Assembly: GCA_027623095.1 (NCBI GenBank) | Contig: JAQBVM010000001.1 | Span: 1,745 to 65,744 of the forward strand | Direction of reading: 5' to 3' | Source of the DNA: Verrucomicrobiota bacterium | GTDB lineage: Bacteria > Verrucomicrobiota > Verrucomicrobiia > Limisphaerales > SIBE01 | DNA length: 64,000 nucleotides | Shown here: piece after piece, positions 56,229-64,000 of the stretch | Layout: every line of letters begins with the position of its first letter | Position numbering within the stretch: position 1 is the first letter of the stretch | The notes under the pieces: model-generated | The model's database searches: none | What the model saw: the letters and a program-made list of their open reading frames with translations, nothing else | Told to the model about the DNA's origin: nothing | Translations under genes and position numbers: made by a program

Positions 56229-56621
56229 ATGTGGTTTCGAATACTCAGCTTCGTGATCGCCATGGCCTTGCTAAGCAAGGCAATCGTCGCGCTGACGTCA
56301 CCCCGACGTTTCTACGCGGCGCGGAAGGAGCAGTATGCCTCGGGCACCTTGCCATCCAGGCTCCTTGTTCCCCCGGCTTTGGTTCTCGCGCTTACGCTGG
56401 TGGCGTGGTACGCGACGATCTTCCACTACCAGCCTTGGGGTTGGCTCGTCACGGGGCTGCTTTCCCTGATTTCTTGCATGGCGCTTCACCACCTGCTCCG
56501 TTGGGCGAGCCATCGCCAAGCGATGCTTAAGGTGGTCACGAACCCAAAGGTGAGGCAGTTTGATTGTCTATTGCTGGCAGTGGGTTTGGCATTCCTGGCG
56601 TTGGCTCTGTTCGTTTACTGA
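56229..56621 (+). CDS. Hypothetical 4-TM membrane protein
   Basis: 130 aa with four hydrophobic segments. No family recognised. Confidence 0.5.
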   Translation: MWFRILSFVIAMALLSKAIVALTSPRRFYAARKEQYASGTLPSRLLVPPALVLALTLVAWYATIFHYQPWGWLVTGLLSLISCMALHHLLRWASHRQAMLKVVTNPKVRQFDCLLLAVGLAFLALALFVY

Positions 56622-57129
56622 GGACTTTTGACCAAATGCGAATGGAGCCGAACATCACTGGACCGAACGCGGGCGGGACGCGTCAGTTTCCAATTCGGAC
56701 GTCACTGGCCGCCCGCGTCGGTCAGTTTGGCCGTTGACCGGATTTGCACGTCATGACAACCCTCCGTCATCACGTCAGCCTTCAAGGGAAGATCGCGCTT
56801 CCGTTGATCATGTTAGCAGCGCTTTGTTTTCTCGATTCGTGCTTGAACGCCGTAGATTACGAGCGGATCTCCTGGCTCGTCTGTCTCGTGTTGTCGGTTC
56901 CATTACCGCAGGGACGGGGACCGGAAGGTTTCTGGACTGGAAGCGTGGGGAACCGAGGCCCAAGAGATCCACGATAGGAGCAGGAAAGCGGCGGGAAGGC
57001 GAAGCCGGGCATCGCTGAGTTTTGGCGTTCGGTTACTCCAATAGATTGCCTACCGGCCGGCTTTGGTGCAATTCGATCATGGTTGAAGTGCTTGCTTGGG
57101 CTGGAGCGTTAGCGTAGTTTCGTTCAGTT

Positions 57130-57306
57130 ATGACAGGCGACATCCGAAAGCACTTGGAGATTTCCCCGTTTGTTCCGTTTGGTGTCCGGACTGCCGCCGG
57201 ACGCGAGTATGCTGTGCCGACTATCGACCATATTTACCTTCCGCCAACCGGCGGACGGGTCGTGATCTCTGATGACGAGGGTGTCGTCGTAGTACTGCCG
57301 GGATGA
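57130..57306 (+). CDS. Small conserved hypothetical protein (58 aa, below the ORF-track cutoff)
   Basis: My translation: MTGDIRKHLEISPFVPFGVRTAAGREYAVPTIDHIYLPPTGGRVVISDDEGVVVVLPG*. It resembles a small-protein family (…PF.PFrl...G..y.v.hpe.i...) seen in cyanobacterial and PVC genomes. Confidence 0.45.
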   Translation: MTGDIRKHLEISPFVPFGVRTAAGREYAVPTIDHIYLPPTGGRVVISDDEGVVVVLPG

Positions 57307-57309
57307 GTT

Positions 57310-57759
57310 GGGGTTTTGACTGAGCGGAGGACCGCGCTTTCTCCACGGACTTTGGATTCGGCGGATGAACGTCATGGGGCTGCCGCATTTCGGGCAGGTC
57401 TGGCAGGAGTCGGCATCGGAAGTGTTGGCGGAGGCTGTCGCGCCGAATGGCACGGGGATGCCGGACTGAAACTGCGCACGCATCCTGTTGGCTTTGGCCG
57501 CGGGATGACAGAAGCCGTAGTAACGGACAGAGCGCAATCCTCTGGGCAGGACATGCCGCAAATAACGTCGCACGAATTCGATTCCTGGCAGTGTCAATGT
57601 TTCCGAGCGGTTTTGGTTGGAGCGGTCTTTCCAGCGGAAGGTGGCGGAGTTATGGCTGAGATCGAGGATGCGTGCGTCGGTGACGGCCATGAAAGGCGTC
57701 AATCCCAACCGCGCTACGACGGAAGACAAGCGGAGTCCGATCGAGCTGCTGGATTTCAT
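57310..57759 (-). mobile_element. IS91-family (Y2/HUH rolling-circle) transposase, C-terminal fragment only
   Basis: ...ATFRWKDRSNQNRSETLTLPGIEFVRRYLRHVLPRGLRSVRYYGFCHP...CQTCPKCGSPM matches the C-terminal half of IS91 transposases. The catalytic N-terminal half is absent. The rest of track ORF 57124..57759 is antisense to the small gene. Confidence 0.6.
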
Positions 57760-58005
57760 TTCCGCGAAAGATCAAGAATCTGACAAAGCTCTATACCGAT
57801 TGCGGCAACTCGTCTCCCCAGGCGATCGAATCGCGACCAAGAGAATCTGCTGCTCGATCTTCATCTTTCATCACGAATAGACGTTTTTCATTGTTCGGCG
57901 AATGATCCCCCCGTACTCTTCCGGCATCTCAACCGATGCGCGCTTGCCAACCTGTGCCGTTTCAAAGCGCGTTGCTGAAACCGAATGGCTGAACCAGACT
58001 TGACA

Positions 58006-58899
58006 ATGATGATCAAAACTCAACTCGGCTCCCGAACGGAAATCCGCTCTGCCATTGTTCCGGCGTTTACCCTGATCGAACTTCTGGTCGTCATCGCGAT
58101 CATCGCGATTCTCGCGGGGATGCTTCTGCCGGCGTTGGGCAAGGCCAAGGCCAAGGCCCAAGGAATGGCCTGTATGAACAACCATCGCCAGCTTGCGCTC
58201 GCCTGGAGGTTGTACTCGGACGACAACAAAGACAAATTGGTGGGATCGTGGGCAGGCGCGCCAGGGGCGCCGTCATCCGTTCCAGATTGGACTGGCGGAA
58301 GCTGGTTGACATTGAATAATCCGCGCGACCCCAGCAATTGGGATCATGAACGATATACGAAGCGCAGCGCCCTTTGGCCGTATTGCGGAGAATCCATTGA
58401 TATCTGGAAATGCCCCGCCGACAAATCGCATGGTATTACGCGCGAGGGACGACGAGTGCCCCGGATTCGAAGCATGGCGATTAACAATTGGGTCGGTGGA
58501 GCCGGTTGGTCTCCTTCTGGGAATTGGGTTCCTCAAAATCCGACTGGTTGGGTCGCATACCGGACGGTGTCCGACTTCGTCGATCCAGGTCCTGCAATGA
58601 CATGGGTTTTCCTGGACGAACGCGAAGACAGCATCAACAACGGCTTCTTTGTGGTGGATATGAACGGATTCTCGGACGCTCCGACGCGTACGCGGCTCGT
58701 TAACGTCCCAGCCAGCTACCACAATAAATCCGGTAGTCTTTCATTCGCGGATGGTCACTCGGAGTTTAAGAAATGGCTCGATCCCCGAACCACGCCGGCG
58801 ATTCAAACTCGGGATCGCCCGCTTAACGTGGCCTCACCCAACAACCCGGATGTCGTTTGGCTTCAGGAGCACACCACACGAAGGCGGGCTGTGCCGTGA
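58006..58899 (+). CDS. Prepilin-type N-terminal cleavage/methylation protein with DUF1559 / H-X9-DG C-terminal motif
   Basis: [25 protein letters not shown]...C.NN.RQL..A. C-terminal [15 protein letters not shown] (H-x9-DG). Confidence 0.85.
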   Translation: MMIKTQLGSRTEIRSAIVPAFTLIELLVVIAIIAILAGMLLPALGKAKAKAQGMACMNNHRQLALAWRLYSDDNKDKLVGSWAGAPGAPSSVPDWTGGSWLTLNNPRDPSNWDHERYTKRSALWPYCGESIDIWKCPADKSHGITREGRRVPRIRSMAINNWVGGAGWSPSGNWVPQNPTGWVAYRTVSDFVDPGPAMTWVFLDEREDSINNGFFVVDMNGFSDAPTRTRLVNVPASYHNKSGSLSFADGHSEFKKWLDPRTTPAIQTRDRPLNVASPNNPDVVWLQEHTTRRRAVP

Positions 58900-58940
58900 C
58901 ACGATTACTCGACTTGGAATCGGTGCGCGGCCTTCCTTTC

Positions 58941-61900
58941 TCACAAGATCGCCTCTGAGCGAGGGCGCCAAAGTCCCCGAAAATCCTCGAGAATCAGGTA
59001 ACAAGCCGGAACGAGGATTAAAGAGATACCGGTTGCGAACATGACGCCAAATCCTAGGGAGACGGCCATTGGAATCAGGAATTGGGCCTGGAGACTTTTT
59101 TCCAGGAGCAGGGGAGTCAGGCCGGCAAATGTTGTGAGGGAAGTCAGTAGGATGGCACGGAATCTGGAAACGCCAACTTCACGAATCGCCTTTGCAAGGG
59201 GTGTGCCGGATTCCAGGGTGCGATTGATAAAATCCACCATGACAAGACTGTCGTTCACCACGACGCCTGCAAGCGCGACAATTCCGAACATGGAGAGGAT
59301 GGTTAGATCCAATCCGAGAATGATGTGTCCCCAAACCGCGCCGACCAGACTGAATGGAATCGCAAGCATCACAATCAACGGCTGGAGATACGAGCCAAAC
59401 GGTATGGCCAGGAGCGCGTAGATGATAAGCATGGCAAGAATAAACCCACTGAAAACGCCGCCTAACGTCTCACTCTGCTCCCGTCGCTCTCCTTCGAATG
59501 TGTACGTGATGCGAGGATGCTCCGCCACGAGTTGAGGCAGGAAGGCTTTTTGAAGATCCGCCACAATCTCGCTGGGATCGCTCTCGGTGGTATCGATTTC
59601 CGCGGTCACGTTGATGGCGCGATGCCGATTCACACGCTTGATGCTGGCGTAGCCGCGTCCGAATTCGGCGCGCGCTACATCGCTAAACGGGACCTCCGCG
59701 CCGTCGGGAGTTCGAATGCGCATCTCTTCCAGATCGGCCAGGGATCTGCGTTCGTCAGAAGGGAACCGGACCATTACCTTCACTTCGTCCCTTCCGCGTT
59801 GAATTCGTTGAACCTCTTCTCCGTAAAACGCCTGCCGGACTTGTCTGGCGAGATTTTGGAGTGAAAGTCCAAGGGTTTCGGCCGCGGGTTGAATGCCGAG
59901 CTTGATCTCTTTCTTTCCGGACCGGAACGAATCGGCGATATCATAGACCCCCGGGTATTCGGCAAGTTTTGCTTTTATTTTCGCGGCGACGGTTTGGAGC
60001 TCTTCAACGTCCGGACCGGCGACCTGCAAGTTCACCGCTTCGCCCGCGGAGAAGACCGATGCGGTGAACGTCAGTTCCACAGCATCGGGAATCGGGCCGG
60101 TTAGTTCGCGCCAGCGATTGACAACCTCCGCGCTGGACATGGTTCGTTCTTCGCTGGGGGACAGTTCGATGGTCACTTCACCCAAGTGTGAACCCGTGAT
60201 CAAACTGACGGCATTGCCGACACCTTGCCGTTGCGCGGTCAGAAAAGGTTGTTCACCGACTGAGGCGAGCATGTGGCGAAATGCGCTTGTGCCGCCGTTC
60301 TCTCGATTGGCGTCGAGTTGAGTTCGCAGTTGAAGCCCGATCGTCTCGAGTTTTTGCACGGCTTCTGCAGTCACTTCGGCGGGTGTGCCTTGCGGCATGG
60401 TAAGGAACGCGGCAACCACGTCGCCTTCGACTGGAGGAAAGAATAGGAATTTGATTTGACCGCCTCCAACAAGGCCGGCCGTGAGCAGCAGTGCGAATAG
60501 CGCCGAGCTAAACGTGAGATACCGCCATTCCAGGCATTTCTCCAAGAAAGGACGATAGATCTTGAGAACGAAACGATTGAGGAGCTCCGAAAACGCGTTC
60601 TGGAACGTGCGCCAGTAGAAAGGGATTCCCCGCCGCACTTGGTCCCGATGCGGTCGAATGTGACTCAGGTGCGACGGAAGAACTGCCAATGATTCAATCA
60701 GAGAAAAAAGCAGCGTTGGGATGACGATCAAGGGAATGACCTTCATGACCTTTCCTGTGTTTCCAGGAACCAGCACGAGCGGCGCAAAGGCGGCCACTGT
60801 GGTTAGAACGCCAAAGATGACTGGCTTGACAACTTCCTGGGTGCCTTCGACCGCGCCGCGGATGCCGTCGTGATGGCGCTGTTGATGGGTGTACACATTT
60901 TCACTCACCACGATCGCGTCATCGACGACGATTCCCAGAACGAGCACGAACGCGAACAGAGAGATCATGTTGATCGAAACTCCCAGGATCGGCATGACCC
61001 AGAGGGTTCCCAAGAACGACACAAGAATCCCGAACGTCACCCAGGCAGCGAGTCGAAAGCGGAGAAAAAGCGCCAGCGTGAGGAAAACAAGGACAAGACC
61101 TACGCGGCCGTTTCTCACCAGTAGATCGAGTCGGCTTTTGAGAAATTCCGCGTCATTTTGCCAAATCGTCAGTGAGATACCCTTGGGTAAGCGAGTTTGG
61201 GTGGATTCGATATACTGCGTTACTTTGTCTGAGATTTCCAAAGCGCTTTGTTGCCCGACTCGAAAGACCTGCACCAGAACCGACCGTTCGGCATCGAATG
61301 TGGCAAATTGGTCTGTCTCCGCGAAACCGTCCACAACGTTCGCGACGTCGCGCAAAAGAAGGCGGGTGCCGTCGGGCCGGCTGCGAAGCACAATCTCCTC
61401 GAACTCGGGTCCCCGATAGGCTTGGCCTTTGGAACGAATCAGTATTTCGCCGCCGCGGGTGCGGATGGAACCGCCAGGAAGGTCGAGCGATGAGAGACGC
61501 ACGGCGCGGGCGACTTCGTCAAAGGTCATGCCGTAGCGCCGCAGCGCTTGTTCGGATACTTCAATGGAGATCTCATACGGACGCGCGTTGGCGAGTTCGA
61601 CCTGAGTGATTCCGGGAACGCCGGCGAGTTCGTCGCGGATCTGTTCTCCTAGTTTCTTTAGCGTCCGTTCGTTCACCGCACCTGAAACGGCAACACTTAG
61701 AACACGCCTTCGCAAGACGACTTCCGTGATGACCGGCTTCTCCGCCTCTTCCGGGAAGGTGTCGATCGCATCGACACGCGCTTTGATATCGTCCAGCATT
61801 TTCCGGGGATCGGTGCCTGGAAGGAGCTCAATCGTGACGGCGCCCACGCCTTCATTCGCGGTGGATGTAATCTTTTTGATTCCATCAAGGTTTTGTACCG

Positions 61901-62111
61901 CTTCTTCAACGCGAACACAGATTCCTTCTTCAACCTCCTCCGGAGCGGCACCCAAGTAAGGCACCGCCACACTGATCATTTCCGAGGAGAACTCGGGAAA
62001 AACCTCCTGCTTGATCTGCGTCGCCGCCATCAGTCCCGCGGCGAGAATGATAACGACCAAGACGTTTGCGGCGACTCCGTTGCGGGCAAACCACGCGATG
62101 ATCTGTTTCAC
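58941..62111 (-). CDS. RND efflux transporter permease (AcrB/CzcA superfamily)
   Basis: 1056 aa with 12-TM RND topology. N-terminus FARNGVAANVLVVIILAAG. Conserved VVDDAIVVSENV and VVNDSLVMVDF segments. Confidence 0.92.
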   Translation of the reverse strand: MKQIIAWFARNGVAANVLVVIILAAGLMAATQIKQEVFPEFSSEMISVAVPYLGAAPEEVEEGICVRVEEAVQNLDGIKKITSTANEGVGAVTIELLPGTDPRKMLDDIKARVDAIDTFPEEAEKPVITEVVLRRRVLSVAVSGAVNERTLKKLGEQIRDELAGVPGITQVELANARPYEISIEVSEQALRRYGMTFDEVARAVRLSSLDLPGGSIRTRGGEILIRSKGQAYRGPEFEEIVLRSRPDGTRLLLRDVANVVDGFAETDQFATFDAERSVLVQVFRVGQQSALEISDKVTQYIESTQTRLPKGISLTIWQNDAEFLKSRLDLLVRNGRVGLVLVFLTLALFLRFRLAAWVTFGILVSFLGTLWVMPILGVSINMISLFAFVLVLGIVVDDAIVVSENVYTHQQRHHDGIRGAVEGTQEVVKPVIFGVLTTVAAFAPLVLVPGNTGKVMKVIPLIVIPTLLFSLIESLAVLPSHLSHIRPHRDQVRRGIPFYWRTFQNAFSELLNRFVLKIYRPFLEKCLEWRYLTFSSALFALLLTAGLVGGGQIKFLFFPPVEGDVVAAFLTMPQGTPAEVTAEAVQKLETIGLQLRTQLDANRENGGTSAFRHMLASVGEQPFLTAQRQGVGNAVSLITGSHLGEVTIELSPSEERTMSSAEVVNRWRELTGPIPDAVELTFTASVFSAGEAVNLQVAGPDVEELQTVAAKIKAKLAEYPGVYDIADSFRSGKKEIKLGIQPAAETLGLSLQNLARQVRQAFYGEEVQRIQRGRDEVKVMVRFPSDERRSLADLEEMRIRTPDGAEVPFSDVARAEFGRGYASIKRVNRHRAINVTAEIDTTESDPSEIVADLQKAFLPQLVAEHPRITYTFEGERREQSETLGGVFSGFILAMLIIYALLAIPFGSYLQPLIVMLAIPFSLVGAVWGHIILGLDLTILSMFGIVALAGVVVNDSLVMVDFINRTLESGTPLAKAIREVGVSRFRAILLTSLTTFAGLTPLLLEKSLQAQFLIPMAVSLGFGVMFATGISLILVPACYLILEDFRGLWRPRSEAIL

Positions 62112-63316
62112 GGTTGTCCCCCTCGCGAATCAGGCGGTTGGTCGGCGGTTGAATCGAGCCCAACGCGAACCTTCATTCCTTCTACCGGAGTATCCAACGG
62201 GGAAATGCAAACGCGGTCTCCAGATTGTATCCCCGAGTCGAAGATGACCGATTCGCGGTCGGTTCGGATGAGCCGAATTTGCCGAAAGTGAAGGGCGCTT
62301 TCATCATCGACAAGGAGTAATTTGTCTCCCTCGCGAAGTGAGGCTCTCGGAAGACTGAAGACGTTCGAAAGGCTTTGCCCGAAAATCTCCGCTTCCACGA
62401 ACATGCCAACAGATAGTGGCGGACGATCCGTTTCCAAAGCGCGCCCGTAGGGATCCGGCAGACTCGCCACGAGAGTGACCATTCTTGACCTTGGATCGAT
62501 CTCGCCTTCGGTCCGGATAATCTGCCCCTCCCAGGCATGCGATTTTCCGGCGTATTGTCCTCGAACAACGACTCTTGGGCTTTCACGGAGAGCAGGGTCC
62601 CCGCGGTAGTGGATTGGCAGTTCGATAAATGCGAGTTCGCTCGCTGGAACCGGCAGGCGAACTTCCGCGAAATCGACCGCGTAGAGCCGGGCAACGGTGG
62701 TTCCTCGATTAACAAACTGTCCGACGTCCACCCGTTTTTCCCACACTCTTCCGGCGAATGGAGCCCGGACTTTGCTTTTCTCAACGTCGCGTTCCGCCTG
62801 TTCGAGAGCAGCTTGAGCGGAGGCAAGCGCCGCTCGCGCTTCGTCAAGTTGCGGTTGCCGAAGAGCGAGCGGTGAGGGGGGGGCACCAGATCCCAGAGCC
62901 TTCCACTCCTTTCGAGCGACTTCGGCCTCTGCCTCTTCTCTTGCGACTCGAGCGGTCGCCTCGGATACCTGGGCATTCGTCCGGATGACGGCTAGTTCAA
63001 AATCGCGCTGTTCGATCGTCAGGAGGACCTCGCCCTTCTCGAAGAAACCACCCGCCGCCATGGAAGGTGATATGGAAACGACACGTCCTGAGACTTCGGG
63101 CGCCAGCGTGATCTCAGATCTGGGTGCGACCGTGCCCTGGCTGCGAACTTTGAACTGAATGTTGGTCGGCTGTGCTAGCACCACACGTACGAGCGGAGGC
63201 AGTATTGCGACTGGTGTGGCCTGAATCATCTTGCGGTTCTTAATGAGGAGGAATGCTGTCGCGAGGCCTGCCAGCAGGATCACGATGGGCAATAGAATCT
63301 TGAGTCGCTTTCTCAT
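62108..63316 (-). CDS. RND efflux periplasmic adaptor (membrane fusion protein)
   Basis: N-terminal anchor, coiled-coil hairpin (AEAEVARKEW...QLDEARAALASAQAALEQAERDVEKSKVRAPFAGRV), beta-barrel domain. 4-nt overlaps with both neighbours. Confidence 0.88.
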   Translation of the reverse strand: MRKRLKILLPIVILLAGLATAFLLIKNRKMIQATPVAILPPLVRVVLAQPTNIQFKVRSQGTVAPRSEITLAPEVSGRVVSISPSMAAGGFFEKGEVLLTIEQRDFELAVIRTNAQVSEATARVAREEAEAEVARKEWKALGSGAPPSPLALRQPQLDEARAALASAQAALEQAERDVEKSKVRAPFAGRVWEKRVDVGQFVNRGTTVARLYAVDFAEVRLPVPASELAFIELPIHYRGDPALRESPRVVVRGQYAGKSHAWEGQIIRTEGEIDPRSRMVTLVASLPDPYGRALETDRPPLSVGMFVEAEIFGQSLSNVFSLPRASLREGDKLLLVDDESALHFRQIRLIRTDRESVIFDSGIQSGDRVCISPLDTPVEGMKVRVGLDSTADQPPDSRGGQP

Positions 63317-64000
63317 AGAGGGGGTTCTGTGCCAGAAGTGGATTTCGTTTCGCTATTGCTGGCGCCGGGGGCAGGATGGAAACCACCGCCCAGGGCAACA
63401 TGCAGTTCGACTCGGTTTTCAATTCGCTGGCGGCGGACAGCGATCAGGAGGCCCTCCGCTTCGAAGGCCCGGCGCTCGGACTCGAGCACGACCAAAAACG
63501 GTTCCACCCCGGCCGTGTATCGTTCGTGGGAAAGGCGCAGAGCTGCTTGCGCTTGATTTGTGGCGCTCACCAAAGTTTTTTCCCGGTTCGAAAGGTAGTT
63601 TTCGGCTGCCAAGGCGGTCTCTACTTCGGCGAAAGCGGTCAGCGCCGTCTTTCGGTAATTCGCCAGCGCCTGGCGAGTCCTCGCCACGGCGAGATTCACG
63701 CCGGCTCGAAGCCTGCCGCCTTGCAGCAATGGTTGGGAGAGATTTCCGGCTAGCGCCCAGACACCGAAATCACTGGAGATTAAATCCGCCAAGTCGGCCG
63801 TGCTCGTACCGCCGCTTGCTGTGAGGCTGATTCGCGGAAGCAGTGATGCTTTTGCCTGAAACAGGCGGGCGTCTGCCGCCGCAAGGCGCTGTTCCGCCGC
63901 CACGAGGTCGGGACGTCTGTTGAGAAGGTCCGATGGCAGGCCGGCCGGAACAGAGCTTATCACTTCTGGAAAGAGATCCTCCTGTTGAGTGGTGCCGGAT
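63313..64000 (-). CDS. Outer-membrane efflux protein (TolC/NodT family), C-terminal part; continues beyond window end
   Basis: GLPSDLLNRRPDLVAAEQRLAAADARLFQAKASLLPRISLTASGG...ALGGGF. The frame is open to the window edge. Confidence 0.85.
   Translation of the reverse strand, partial: SGTTQQEDLFPEVISSVPAGLPSDLLNRRPDLVAAEQRLAAADARLFQAKASLLPRISLTASGGTSTADLADLISSDFGVWALAGNLSQPLLQGGRLRAGVNLAVARTRQALANYRKTALTAFAEVETALAAENYLSNREKTLVSATNQAQAALRLSHERYTAGVEPFLVVLESERRAFEAEGLLIAVRRQRIENRVELHVALGGGFHPAPGASNSETKSTSGTEPPL

Noticed and set aside
1-64000. CRISPR arrays, rRNA/tRNA genes, reverse transcriptases (retron/DGR/group II intron), prophage structural genes
   Set aside because: I looked for regularly spaced direct repeats, conserved rRNA/tRNA strings, YxDD motifs and capsid/terminase-like ORFs while reading the window and found none. 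By-eye scanning cannot exclude short or degenerate instances.

Overview
64-kb chromosomal window, probably from a PVC-superphylum bacterium, most likely Verrucomicrobiota. This is judged by eye from a DUF1559/H-X9-DG prepilin-like protein, a giant ThuA/membrane-bound-dehydrogenase/HEAT/cytochrome-c protein, DUF1080, several PQQ-like beta-propellers, TAT-signal Gfo/Idh/MocA genes and very frequent ATGA stop/start overlaps. Most of the window is ordinary housekeeping or metabolism: cbpA-cbpM, an mla-like operon, mscL, two-component genes, rfbB, zwf-pgl, accA, manA, xylA, ppk2, infA, an RRM protein and an RND efflux operon. Three accessory or decaying patches interrupt it. (i) 1-6500 holds a tightly coupled minus-strand operon: PLD-SNF2 helicase-nuclease, then an AlbA_2/HATPase (Schlafen-like) protein, then an Eco57I-like N6-adenine methyltransferase that runs off the window edge. 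An hsdM remnant abuts it. This is my best candidate for an undescribed defence or restriction-modification-like system. (ii) 42.4-44.6 kb is a gene graveyard: a decayed type I R-M locus (hsdM with an internal deletion, an hsdR N-terminal stub) whose hsdS position is occupied by a REP-associated tyrosine transposase (RAYT) flanked by REP hairpin doublets. Oxidoreductase gene remnants bracket it. (iii) 53.6-57.8 kb contains repeat elements, a serine-recombinase fragment, an IS91-type transposase fragment and small accessory genes. Other oddities are an Mla-type transporter with a catalytically dead-looking ATPase, a histidine-kinase/cyclase deletion chimera, an oxidoreductase with a single in-frame TAA, a nucleotidyltransferase plus small-ORF module with a perfect palindrome upstream, and GC-rich REP-like hairpin elements, one of them in-frame inside the methyltransferase. 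I saw no rRNA, tRNA or CRISPR array. All family calls come from by-eye motif recognition on the supplied ORF translations and my own translations; no searches were run.
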